Below, piece by piece: positions 1 to 9,173 of a DNA stretch of 64,000 bases. Position 1 is the stretch's first letter; the number at the start of each line of letters is the position of its first letter. The position numbers and the translations under genes are program-made. The notes beneath the pieces are model-generated. The model had not been told where the DNA came from. It made no database searches and worked only from the letters and a program-made list of their open reading frames with translations. The stretch is from Candidatus Cloacimonadales bacterium (GTDB lineage: Bacteria; Cloacimonadota; Cloacimonadia; Cloacimonadales; JAIOQZ01), in the NCBI GenBank assembly GCA_963665815.1, contig OY762463.1:1184001-1248000 (forward strand), in the 5' to 3' direction.

Positions 1-330
1 ACACTGTATTTTGACTGGAAGCAAACTGCTGAGGAAGGAGAGAAAGGTGGTTTTGGGGTTATCAATACTAAAAAAGTATATACTTTCGATCCGAATCCTG
101 ACAATAGTAATCTCATTGCAGGAGCACAGGCTAATCTCTGGACTGAACTTATTCCAACTCCAGAAAGAGCATTCTATATGCTGTTCCCAAGGGTTGCAGC
201 CCTTGCAGAAATGACCTGGGGAACCAATAATCACTGGAATTCCTTCTTAAAAAGACTTCCTTATGCACTTCCTGAAATATTTACTGAATCAGAGATAACT
301 GATATTTGTATTAGGGCTAAATCGAAATAA
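1..330 (+). CDS. Beta-N-acetylhexosaminidase (GH20), C-terminal part; 5' end lies outside the window
   Basis: My frame +1 translation reads TLYFDWKQ...GAQANLWTELIPTPERAFYMLFPRVAALAEMTW, typical GH20 C-terminal motifs; TAA at 328-330. Not in the ORF track because it has no start codon in the window. Confidence 0.85.
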   Translation, partial: TLYFDWKQTAEEGEKGGFGVINTKKVYTFDPNPDNSNLIAGAQANLWTELIPTPERAFYMLFPRVAALAEMTWGTNNHWNSFLKRLPYALPEIFTESEITDICIRAKSK

Positions 331-606
331 CGATCAATAGATTTAACACTCAATCTCTTATGCAAAGCACGAAAACTGTTCTGATAAGTGGGTAACTTAA
401 ACGGATTTTTCCCTTGCTTTTTGTCTGAATTCCTGTTTACATAAAAAATATTTTACTTGACGTTTCCAAAAAGACTTTTAACTTATTTATAGTCAGTGTA
501 TTAAAAGTTGTTACTTCAATAAAGAACTGATTGCATTGTATATTAATTTATCAACAACAAGATAACAGCCTAACAAATGTCAATCATTAATTGACAGAGG
601 AAAATT

Positions 607-1365
607 ATGAAAAAAATGCTCTTTTCATTAATATTGTTATTTTCCCTTCAGATAGTTAATGTTTTTTCCGAAGAAATAACAATTCTGGGAAATGATTATA
701 AAATCCCAAAAATATATAAAGAAAATGGATATCCAAAGGGTATCCTTGTTGATATTGCAGAATATATAGATATGCATATGAAAAATTATTCATTCAATAT
801 CAAATTGTATCCATGGGCAAGAGCTTACAATATGGCTGTCAATGCGGAAGGTGGAATTATAGGTTTGTCAAAAACCGAAGAGAGACTTAAAATTTTCGAT
901 TACTCTGATGTGATTTACTTTGATGAGGTTATCATTGTTGTGATGAAAGGTAGCGAGTTCAATTTTGAAGACATTGCGGATCTGAAAGGTAAAACAATCG
1001 GTATTGGACGTGGAGGATCTTTCGGTGATGAATATGAAGAAGCAAAAAAAGAAGGGCTATTCAATGTCGAACAGGATGATGGACCTGTTATTCGTCTAAA
1101 AATGCTTTTGGACAATCGAATTGACTGTGCTCTGATAAGTCCCGGGAAATATGCATTTTATGAAACACTAAGAAAAGACAAGCATCTGATGGAAATGAAA
1201 GACGAGTTTATTATCCTGTCTAAACCTTTCAAAAGAGATCCAAATTACCTGGGATTTCCTAAAAAAATGAAAATGCAGGATTTTCTGAACGAATTCAATA
1301 ATATTTTACAGCAAGGATATGAAAACGGAGATATTCAGAAACTGATTGATAACTATACAAAGTAA
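607..1365 (+). CDS. Periplasmic substrate-binding protein, family 3 (amino-acid-binding type), stand-alone
   Basis: Signal peptide; YPWARA, ERLKIFDYS and DLKGKTIG motifs; AGAGG RBS. Confidence 0.85.
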   Translation: MKKMLFSLILLFSLQIVNVFSEEITILGNDYKIPKIYKENGYPKGILVDIAEYIDMHMKNYSFNIKLYPWARAYNMAVNAEGGIIGLSKTEERLKIFDYSDVIYFDEVIIVVMKGSEFNFEDIADLKGKTIGIGRGGSFGDEYEEAKKEGLFNVEQDDGPVIRLKMLLDNRIDCALISPGKYAFYETLRKDKHLMEMKDEFIILSKPFKRDPNYLGFPKKMKMQDFLNEFNNILQQGYENGDIQKLIDNYTK

Positions 1366-1440
1366 TTATCTGATTTTACTTTGAAGCAATCAATGGAGGT
1401 ACTGCTTGAACTGTAAAACAAAACAATCATACCAAAGGCG

Positions 1441-2790
1441 TCAACTTTCTCCCTCATTCAACTTCTCATACTGATAATTAAAAACTCTGTACGATAAACC
1501 AAGCAATTCTGCAGCCCTCTTTTTATTTCCCCTGGCTTTCAATATTGCCTGTGTGATATACTTGCTACGGATTTCATTCAAGACTGCTTCAAGGTCAATT
1601 TCACCATTCAGATCTATTATACACTCCAGCTCAGGTTTTACTGAAAACGAGAATGTTTCAGGGTTAATCACATCATCGGACAATACAGCTGCCCGATTAA
1701 TCTCACTTTTCAATTGTCTGATGTTCCCTGGCCAGTCAAACAGCATCAGCTTCCTTAAAGTATCATCATTTATGGCTTTATCAGGATACTTTTTCTTCAG
1801 GAAATAACGGGCAAGTTCCGGAATATCTTCTCTTCTGTCTTTAAGATCAGGGATTACCAGCTCAAAATTATTCAGTCTGTAATACAGGTCTTCCCGAAAA
1901 TCACCGTTTGTGACTTTATCTTTCAACGATTTATTTGTGGCAGAAATCACGCGGACATCCACATGCTGCGGATCAGATGACCCAATTTTATATACTTCTC
2001 CATTCTCCAGAACACGCAAGAGCTTTGCCTGAAACTCCAACGGCATCTCCCCTATCTCATCGAGAAACAATGTTCCTCCGTCTGCTTCGATGAATTTACC
2101 GTTATGATTAGTTACTGCACCGGTAAATGCTCCTTTCTCATGTCCGAAGAACTCGCTTTCAAACAAATCTTTCGGAATTGCTGCACAATTAACAGCTATA
2201 AACTTCCGGTTTCTTCTTGATGATATCTTGTGAATTGCTCTCACAATCAGCTCTTTACCCACTCCGCTCGAACCCTGTACCAGCACAGAAAGCTCTGTAT
2301 TAGCCACTTTCTCTGCCAGATTGCATGTATCTTTTATAGCTTTTGAAGATCCAATAATCTCCCTGAACGGATCGTCCTCGTATATCTGCGACTCAAGAGC
2401 ACTGAGCTTTCTGTTCAGCTCAACAACCCTGACAGCTCCATTGAGTATCGCCAGAATCTCGTTATTATCAAACGGCTTTGACACAAAATTATAAGCTCCG
2501 TCCTTCATTGCCTGAACAGCATGTTTTATCGTTCCGTGGGCAGTTATAAACACGTACTGAGCATGTTTCTGCAATACTTTCAGTTTCTGCATTGCCTCAA
2601 GGCCGTTCAGCAGAGGCATATTCATATCCAGAAGTACAACATCAAACTGGTTTTTACCGCATATCTTTATCGCTTCATTACCGGAATCTGCATCTATAAC
2701 TTCATATCCTTCTTTTTCCAGAAGCATTCTCAGTATTATCCGGATTTTCTCTTCATCATCTACAATCAGTATTCTGTTCTTTTTACTCAT
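1441..2790 (-). CDS. Sigma54-dependent NtrC-family response regulator (REC-AAA+-Fis HTH)
   Basis: ILIVDDE receiver, GSSGVGKE Walker A, GAFTGA, LFLDEIGE, WPGNIRQL, C-terminal KKRAAELLG HTH. Confidence 0.95.
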   Translation of the reverse strand: MSKKNRILIVDDEEKIRIILRMLLEKEGYEVIDADSGNEAIKICGKNQFDVVLLDMNMPLLNGLEAMQKLKVLQKHAQYVFITAHGTIKHAVQAMKDGAYNFVSKPFDNNEILAILNGAVRVVELNRKLSALESQIYEDDPFREIIGSSKAIKDTCNLAEKVANTELSVLVQGSSGVGKELIVRAIHKISSRRNRKFIAVNCAAIPKDLFESEFFGHEKGAFTGAVTNHNGKFIEADGGTLFLDEIGEMPLEFQAKLLRVLENGEVYKIGSSDPQHVDVRVISATNKSLKDKVTNGDFREDLYYRLNNFELVIPDLKDRREDIPELARYFLKKKYPDKAINDDTLRKLMLFDWPGNIRQLKSEINRAAVLSDDVINPETFSFSVKPELECIIDLNGEIDLEAVLNEIRSKYITQAILKARGNKKRAAELLGLSYRVFNYQYEKLNEGES

Positions 2791-3941
2791 TCTTTCCTCA
2801 TGCCAATTTTAAATTTTGTGCCGACACCTTCTTTGGAGATCACACTCATACTCATATTCATTGCGTCTGCCAGATTTTTTGAGATAGCCAGTCCCAGACC
2901 TGTCCCACCTTTTTTTACAGTAAAAAACGGCTTAAAAATATTACTGACAACATTCTCCGACATTCCGCATCCGGTATCCTCCCAGTATACATGAACATCA
3001 TTACCATTGATCTCTGTATAAATCTTAATCTGTTTACGCTCACTTTCAGAAAGCGCATCAAGACTGTTATTCATCAGATTAACCATAACCTGCCTTAAAG
3101 CATTCTCATCTGCTGAGACAAACTGCTTCTCAATACTATCACTTATTTCCACCGATATTCCCAGTTTAGACAATCTCTGTTCATACAGCAGTTTTACCGA
3201 ATTGATCAGTTCATATAAATCTACTTTTTCAAGGTTTATCACTTTGGGTCTGGCATAAACCAGAACTGACTCGGCAATATCATTTACTCTGTCAACCTCG
3301 CTGATGAGGCTGTCTGACAAATTCTTCAGTTTCTCATCAGGTACACTGTCCATAATAAACTGGATGGAGCTTCTGATTGATGTTAACGGATTCTTGATCT
3401 CGTGAGCTATCATGGAGGCTATGCTTTCCACCACAGACATTTTCTCATTAATAGACTCGTTCTTCAAACGTCTCTGCTCGTGAAGCATTCTTCTGGCGTT
3501 ACCAAGAGCAATTGCAGAAAGACGGAAAACCGTCATGAGAAACTCCAGAACTTCCTTTTTGAGAACTCCCGATTCTATCATGCAAAACCCAATCAGCTCA
3601 TTGTGAGATTCCAGCGGAAAAATGTAGTCGAACTCAATGCCTGAACGGACAACTTCATCCTTATAAACATATTCATAAGCTCGTTCTCCATGATAAAGCC
3701 AGGTTGAATTGGTTTTAAGCCAGTGAACAAGTTCCGAATCAGCAGAGATTTCCTTATTCTTTTCCTGACAGATAAATCCTGTTTCCTTCAGCTCAAAGAA
3801 ACTGACCCTGGTAATATCAAAGAATTCTATGATTCTTCCCTGCATAATCCGCACAACTTTATCCGGATCTACAATAATAGAATAAGCCGAGATAAACTCA
3901 TTAATGATTTTATTGAAATCAATTTTACTTTTATTGAACAT
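2787..3941 (-). CDS. Soluble sensor histidine kinase (GAF-like N-terminus, HisKA, HATPase)
   Basis: IAHEIKNPL H-box, QVMVNLMNNS, DTGCGM, FFTVKKGGTGLGL. Start moved to ATG 3941, which has a GGAG RBS. 4-nt overlap with the regulator. Confidence 0.9.
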   Translation of the reverse strand: MFNKSKIDFNKIINEFISAYSIIVDPDKVVRIMQGRIIEFFDITRVSFFELKETGFICQEKNKEISADSELVHWLKTNSTWLYHGERAYEYVYKDEVVRSGIEFDYIFPLESHNELIGFCMIESGVLKKEVLEFLMTVFRLSAIALGNARRMLHEQRRLKNESINEKMSVVESIASMIAHEIKNPLTSIRSSIQFIMDSVPDEKLKNLSDSLISEVDRVNDIAESVLVYARPKVINLEKVDLYELINSVKLLYEQRLSKLGISVEISDSIEKQFVSADENALRQVMVNLMNNSLDALSESERKQIKIYTEINGNDVHVYWEDTGCGMSENVVSNIFKPFFTVKKGGTGLGLAISKNLADAMNMSMSVISKEGVGTKFKIGMRKE

Positions 3942-4211
3942 GCATAAACTCCATACTGCAATATGAAGTATCTTCAGTATTTCTGTCAAGATAGCTTTGT
4001 GTAATAGCGGAATCGAGTCTACTGCTTCTGTTATGCCAAGCTCTCTGTCGTATATTACAGAAGTGAGGAGGAAGAAAAGGGGGAATTCTGTCATGTGGAA
4101 GTAGTATCATATATATATATTATTGCCTAAATGCAAAATATTAGTATAACATTATAGGTTTAATATTGATACTGGAAAAGTACTGCAGGAATGGCTAACA
4201 ACGTTTTATTA

Positions 4212-4293
4212 CCCTTCGACTCCGCTCCAGGAACTTCCAACTATTATCTTTATCAGTAGGTTAAATTGATTGAGTCCCGAATAATCGGGAAAA
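4212..4293. repeat. REP-like palindromic repeat, family A (CCCTTCGACTCCGCTC...GAGTCCCGAATAATCGGGA)
   Basis: Its reverse complement matches 7703-7769 and 10161-10222. Confidence 0.75.
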
Positions 4294-4338
4294 GTGGCTG
4301 TATGAATATTAAATTATATTAAAGGACACAGAAAACTA

Positions 4339-4423
4339 TTGACTTATTGAGCATAATTCATTCATTTAGGTATTGATACTAAAATCCATGTAATCTGTGA
4401 GGACTGATGAAATATCGCATTTT
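4339..4423 (+). promoter_or_regulatory. Duplicated promoter/leader/RBS block, copy 1 (begins TTGACT)
   Basis: 85 nt with 3 mismatches to 8152-8236; both copies precede the first gene of a propeller cassette. Confidence 0.8.
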
Positions 4424-5333
4424 CCTGTTACTCCTTTTCTGCCTGTTCCTGTTCTCCTGCTCTGACAATAAAAGTAAAGTCTTGAAAATGGAGGATATAT
4501 TCAAACTGGAGTCTGCAATAGAATTAAAAGACATAGATGAAATCCCAGTTTTTACATTTACTGAATTCGGTTTTTTTGCTATGCAAACTCATTCCAGCAG
4601 AGTGTCAAAGTTTCTGAATGATGGAACTGAGGAAAAAGTGTTTGGTAAGAAGGGAAAAGGACCTGGGGAGTTTGAGTGGGGCAGATTTTTGTCTTATTCT
4701 GAAGACATTCATACACTTGGAATATATGATATTCCAAATTTTAGAACGTTGTATTTCAATGATTCGTGCGAGTTTCAGAAACATGACTCTCGTCCAATTT
4801 CCGGGATTCCATACTTCAAACTCAGGAAGAATGATATTGAAGTATTCTCATTTTCTCAATTTCCTGATAATAATGGATTTTGGAAAAATAATATTGCTGT
4901 AAATGACTCTATCATTTTAAGTAATAATGAGAAGACAGATTCACAAATACCGGAGAAGTACTATCAATACAGCTACAATTCAGGCAGAATCATAATTTTG
5001 AAACCAGATGGAACAGACTTCGCGTTATATAATTACGACTTGGAAAACAGGAAGCTGAATCGCATAGAAACAGGTTCTAATAAGCATTACACAGTTAACA
5101 TATCAAGTATCAATAACGTACACACTATTGGAAAATACATCATAATAGAAGCCAGTAACACTGAAGATCGCCTGGAATACATCTTTATGAAGCAAAAAGG
5201 CAAGTACATCGGTACAATGGAGTTTGAAGAGGATTACAAAGCGATTTACGGTGTATATAACAACCACATTTATGTTGTTGAATCTGATGACTCCGAAGAA
5301 TGGATAATAGTACACAACTATATTCTGAAGTAA
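4407..5333 (+). CDS. 6-bladed beta-propeller (NHL-like) lipoprotein, paralog 1
   Basis: Lipobox LFSC; FGKKGKGPGEF motif; beta-rich, about 310 aa. Confidence 0.8.
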   Translation: MKYRIFLLLLFCLFLFSCSDNKSKVLKMEDIFKLESAIELKDIDEIPVFTFTEFGFFAMQTHSSRVSKFLNDGTEEKVFGKKGKGPGEFEWGRFLSYSEDIHTLGIYDIPNFRTLYFNDSCEFQKHDSRPISGIPYFKLRKNDIEVFSFSQFPDNNGFWKNNIAVNDSIILSNNEKTDSQIPEKYYQYSYNSGRIIILKPDGTDFALYNYDLENRKLNRIETGSNKHYTVNISSINNVHTIGKYIIIEASNTEDRLEYIFMKQKGKYIGTMEFEEDYKAIYGVYNNHIYVVESDDSEEWIIVHNYILK

Positions 5334-5345
5334 AATGGATCACTG

Positions 5346-6269
5346 ATGAAAGCGAAATACATTGTTCTACTATCGATATGCCTGCTGCTGTTTGCCTGTT
5401 CTGACAATAATAGCAAGGTCTTGAAAATGGAAGATATATTCAAACTGGTGAACACTGTCAAGTTAGAAGATACCGATTACTATCCACAACTTATTATTAC
5501 AGAGACTGGTTTTATTACATTTCAAGCTGACTTGAGCAAATTCACAAGATATTTAGATAATGGTGAAATTGTCAGTTCCTTTGGGAAGAAAGGAAAAGGT
5601 CCCGATGAAATAGAATTTGGAAAGAAGTATTATTATTCGAGTGATGAGGATATACTGGGAATCTTTGATGTTATGAACTACAAAATGACGTACTTTGATA
5701 AAACCGGATGTGTAGTTGAGCAGAAATCAGTTCATTTATCAGGAATACCATTTAGAGAATTAAAGATAAATGGTGTTCTCGTAAAAACACATACGAATTT
5801 CCCGAACGAAGACAATAAGTGGCAAAACACAATAACTATTAATGACTCACTAATTCTATCAAATGAGGAAACTCTTAGATCAGGGGATGTTACCGAACTG
5901 AATTATTATTTCTTCAGTTACAATAATGATAAAGTCTATATTGTGGCACCAAATCAAGGTGACTTTGATTTATATGCATACGATTTAATTAAGAAGAACT
6001 TGAAACATCTGAATGTAAAAGGTGGAAATAGTCATAAACAGATTGATATCCATAACATTATTGTAATCGGCAAATATATCATTTTGCCTGTTACCAATGA
6101 TGATGATTCCGGTAGTTGGCTTTGCTATAAGACTAATGGTAGATATGTTGGTGAATTGATTTGTGAAAATGAAAATGATTTTATAGTGAACTCAAATAGC
6201 AAGAATATGTACGTTGTTTCTACTGACAAAGAAGAAAACTATTCAGTAAAAATATACACATTGAAGTAG
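5346..6269 (+). CDS. 6-bladed beta-propeller lipoprotein, paralog 2
   Basis: Lipobox LFAC; FGKKGKGPDEI; clearly similar to paralog 1. Confidence 0.8.
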   Translation: MKAKYIVLLSICLLLFACSDNNSKVLKMEDIFKLVNTVKLEDTDYYPQLIITETGFITFQADLSKFTRYLDNGEIVSSFGKKGKGPDEIEFGKKYYYSSDEDILGIFDVMNYKMTYFDKTGCVVEQKSVHLSGIPFRELKINGVLVKTHTNFPNEDNKWQNTITINDSLILSNEETLRSGDVTELNYYFFSYNNDKVYIVAPNQGDFDLYAYDLIKKNLKHLNVKGGNSHKQIDIHNIIVIGKYIILPVTNDDDSGSWLCYKTNGRYVGELICENENDFIVNSNSKNMYVVSTDKEENYSVKIYTLK

Positions 6270-6282
6270 TAAAGGATCACTG

Positions 6283-7230
6283 ATGAAAGCTAAATACTTT
6301 AATCAATTATTACTAATATTTGTATTATGCTCATGCAATTATAGAATGCAGGAGAGGAAGCTTGCTTTTGATATAATCACAGAATTCAATCTCCCAGAAA
6401 TAATTAATCCTGATGTTTGTGCTACGAAAGATGAAATATTTGTAACAAATTTGGCAACTCAAACTGATGGAAAAATTTATACCTATAACTATCAAGGAGA
6501 TTTATTATCAGAATTTGGAGGAAAAGGTGATGGACCTGATGAGTTCACACATATTTTCAATATATTCTATGACTATAATAAAAATCTACTAGGAATATAT
6601 GATTTTTATGGATTCTGTATAAAGTACTATAATGCAAAACATGAATTGGTCATGAAAGATGTTCTTGACAAAACTATGTTTAATAAGGTTTATACGGCAG
6701 AATCAAGTCTTCAAAGTCACTTATTTCCAAAAGATAGCTCAGATAAGAAGCTATACTATTTACACGACTTACATCTGGAAAATGGAAATAAAATATCCCT
6801 TAAGGAAAAAGAGTTCTTATCAAGTGATGACTTCAGCATCTTCAAAGAATCAACAAGAATTGCTGCCAATATGGATTTCTTTTTCATCTGGGATTTAAAT
6901 GGCAATGAAACCTCTGTTGAGCAATTCGACGTGGAGGGTAATCCTGTTAAGAAATGGGATTTGAAGATGCTGCCAAGATATCTGGAAAACATTAAAAAAT
7001 ATAACAGAATACATGCAGGAGATGATTTCATTCTATACGATTTTCAGGACAATAATGATGTTCACTTCTATGACGCCTATGATTTCAAGAATAAATATCT
7101 TGGCACCATTAGAATGAGCAAGCCTGAAGACACAATCCCGTTTGTTTTTAAGGATAAGATTTTCATGCTGGAATACAATGAACAAGACGATGAAGATTTC
7201 TATGTATGTAAAATACTGAAAATGAAGTAA
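6283..7230 (+). CDS. 6-bladed beta-propeller lipoprotein, paralog 3
   Basis: Lipobox LCSC; FGGKGDGPDEF. Confidence 0.8.
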   Translation: MKAKYFNQLLLIFVLCSCNYRMQERKLAFDIITEFNLPEIINPDVCATKDEIFVTNLATQTDGKIYTYNYQGDLLSEFGGKGDGPDEFTHIFNIFYDYNKNLLGIYDFYGFCIKYYNAKHELVMKDVLDKTMFNKVYTAESSLQSHLFPKDSSDKKLYYLHDLHLENGNKISLKEKEFLSSDDFSIFKESTRIAANMDFFFIWDLNGNETSVEQFDVEGNPVKKWDLKMLPRYLENIKKYNRIHAGDDFILYDFQDNNDVHFYDAYDFKNKYLGTIRMSKPEDTIPFVFKDKIFMLEYNEQDDEDFYVCKILKMK

Positions 7231-7249
7231 AATCAACAAGGAGACATGC

Positions 7250-7606
7250 ATGCATACACTCATAAAATTCATTGCAATGGTAATAATTCAATCATCAGTA
7301 CTTTATCTTATAACAAATAAATTGATGATGATAAGCAACAGCCCTTTCGTTAAATCTTTAATCGTAACTATTATAATAGCCGCAATTGATTCCGGAGTTG
7401 CATTATTAGTAGGAGATCCTCATGGATTTCATGCCGGAATGTTTGCAAAAATTGCGAACTATCTGACAATTATACCGGCTATTCTAACTTTCAAAATTGC
7501 TTATGATCTTACAGTGCAACAGCTGTTTTTGTTCATTGTAGGTTACAGGATTATTCTGTTTGTTGTTGGTTTTACAATCATCCCCATAACAGCAGCAATA
7601 TATTAA
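7250..7606 (+). CDS. Small integral membrane protein (about 4 TM), unknown function
   Basis: AAGGAG RBS; hydrophobic segments; 19 nt after paralog 3. Confidence 0.7.
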   Translation: MHTLIKFIAMVIIQSSVLYLITNKLMMISNSPFVKSLIVTIIIAAIDSGVALLVGDPHGFHAGMFAKIANYLTIIPAILTFKIAYDLTVQQLFLFIVGYRIILFVVGFTIIPITAAIY

Positions 7607-7702
7607 TATAACATGATCGGTTCGGTTTTTTTGCCCTTCCACACCGTTCTCAGAGTGCAAAAAAGCAAATATTTTATAGTCAAAAGTAATTTATGACGTA
7701 GG

Positions 7703-7815
7703 TTTTCCCGATTCTTCGGGACTCAACCGACTTAACGTATTGATAGATATTGATATGATCGTTCCCTGACAGACTGTGTTGCACCTGACGGCGCTCGAAA
7801 AGCTGCCTGACAAAT
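7703..7815. repeat. REP-like composite repeat (family A plus CCTGACGGxGCTCGAA unit)
   Basis: 7722-7769 equals 10161-10208 with 1 mismatch; 7778-7815 resembles 10325-10361; inverted relative to 4212-4293. Confidence 0.8.
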
Positions 7816-7961
7816 CTCTTTTTACAGCAGAACTTGTGCAATTTAGTTAGACATAGCTGTCAGTATCTGTATTTCCTCTTTGTCACTTAAAGTCGTTATA
7901 GGCCTACATTAAGTCTTTTCAATTGCAAATTTGTGTAATCGTTCTATCTGTTGATAAAAGT

Positions 7962-8100
7962 AAATTTTCCCGTTAAGAAATCCTGAAGCCTTGGAAGGAT
8001 TTCAGGGGAGATTTATGGTTCCAGCTTGCTGGAAATACATTTTGATAAAGAGTGCCTTTCTTTTGCTTCGTTTTCTTTGGCACCAAAGAAAATGAAGAAA
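7962..8100 (+). repeat. 139-bp MITE/REP-like element, family B, copy 1
   Basis: About 90% identical by hand alignment to the reverse complement of 10423-10561; internal palindromes TTCCAGCxTGCTGGAA and CTTCGTTTTCTTTGG..CCAAAGAAAATGAAG. Confidence 0.9.
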
Positions 8101-8151
8101 CAAATATCAGGAGTTAAAAATATAAAATGGATTGAAAGATGTAGAAAACAG

Positions 8152-8236
8152 TTGACTTATTGAGCATAATTCATTCAATCAGGTATTGATACTAAAATCC
8201 ATGTAATCTGTGAGGACTGATGAAATTTCGCATTTT
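8152..8236 (+). promoter_or_regulatory. Duplicated promoter/leader/RBS block, copy 2
   Basis: Direct repeat of 4339-4423, offset 3813 nt. Confidence 0.8.
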
Positions 8237-9173
8237 TATTATTCTCCTTCTCTGCCTGCTGCTATTTGCCTGTACAGAGAAGAAACAAAATCCAACATTG
8301 GATGTTAAACAAATCAGTTTATTCAAAGTACCCGAACTGTATAAATCCCCGGTTGTATGTGCTGCTAATAATAAAATAGTATTCACTGACGCTGAGGATG
8401 GGGTTATTTATGTTTATAATTATGCTGGAGAGAAACTTAAATCCTTTGGCAATAAAGGACAGGGTCCCGGTGAATTTCAAGGGGTATATCATATAGTCTA
8501 TCAGGAGAATCAGAATCTATGGTACTTTTACGATCTATACCATTGGAAAATCCATGTTTATTCTGATACTTTCGATTACATCAAATCTGAGAAAACATCT
8601 TCTATAATTGCAGGAATGAAACCGTGGAAAGATAATGTTCTTATACAAGTAAGAATTCCGGTAAGTGTCGATGGATCACGAATTTTTGACGACAGGATAA
8701 AAGTGTTCAACCCAAAAGGTGAAGAAAAGACTATCAGGAACAAGCTGCTGAAATCAATAACAGATGTTGAGTTTATGCTAGAATACGGCTTGATGTTTGA
8801 TACGAATTCCAACAAGCTGTTTGTTCTGGATAAACAGCAGAATACTTTCTCCGTAGAAGAGTACACAGACGAGAACACAAAAATCAAATGGGAAATGGAA
8901 GACAACATAACTGTAATAGATAATGCGAAAATATCGGGTATCTATGCAGGAAAAGACTTTATCATTATAAAAAGGCTTAAACCTGAAGATGAGGAAGATA
9001 CATACTATACTTATTATGAGTTCTATGATTTCAATCAGCACTATCTGGGTAAGCTAATACTGAATAATAAAAATGAGTACATAATAGATGTGTACGAGAG
9101 CAAACTGATTAAACTTGTGAAAGACGAAAATGGTGACTACTCATGCAGTATTCTGGAGGTAAAGTTATTGTGA
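8220..9173 (+). CDS. 6-bladed beta-propeller lipoprotein, paralog 4
   Basis: Lipobox LFAC; FGNKGQGPGEF. Confidence 0.8.
   Translation: MKFRIFIILLLCLLLFACTEKKQNPTLDVKQISLFKVPELYKSPVVCAANNKIVFTDAEDGVIYVYNYAGEKLKSFGNKGQGPGEFQGVYHIVYQENQNLWYFYDLYHWKIHVYSDTFDYIKSEKTSSIIAGMKPWKDNVLIQVRIPVSVDGSRIFDDRIKVFNPKGEEKTIRNKLLKSITDVEFMLEYGLMFDTNSNKLFVLDKQQNTFSVEEYTDENTKIKWEMEDNITVIDNAKISGIYAGKDFIIIKRLKPEDEEDTYYTYYEFYDFNQHYLGKLILNNKNEYIIDVYESKLIKLVKDENGDYSCSILEVKLL

Noticed and set aside
11-214. 67-aa ORF in the track
   Set aside because: Wrong frame; frame +1 (1-330) encodes recognisable GH20 motifs
3942-4094. 51-aa N-terminal extension of the histidine kinase
   Set aside because: No RBS at 4094, a good GGAG before ATG 3941, and the extension resembles no sensor domain
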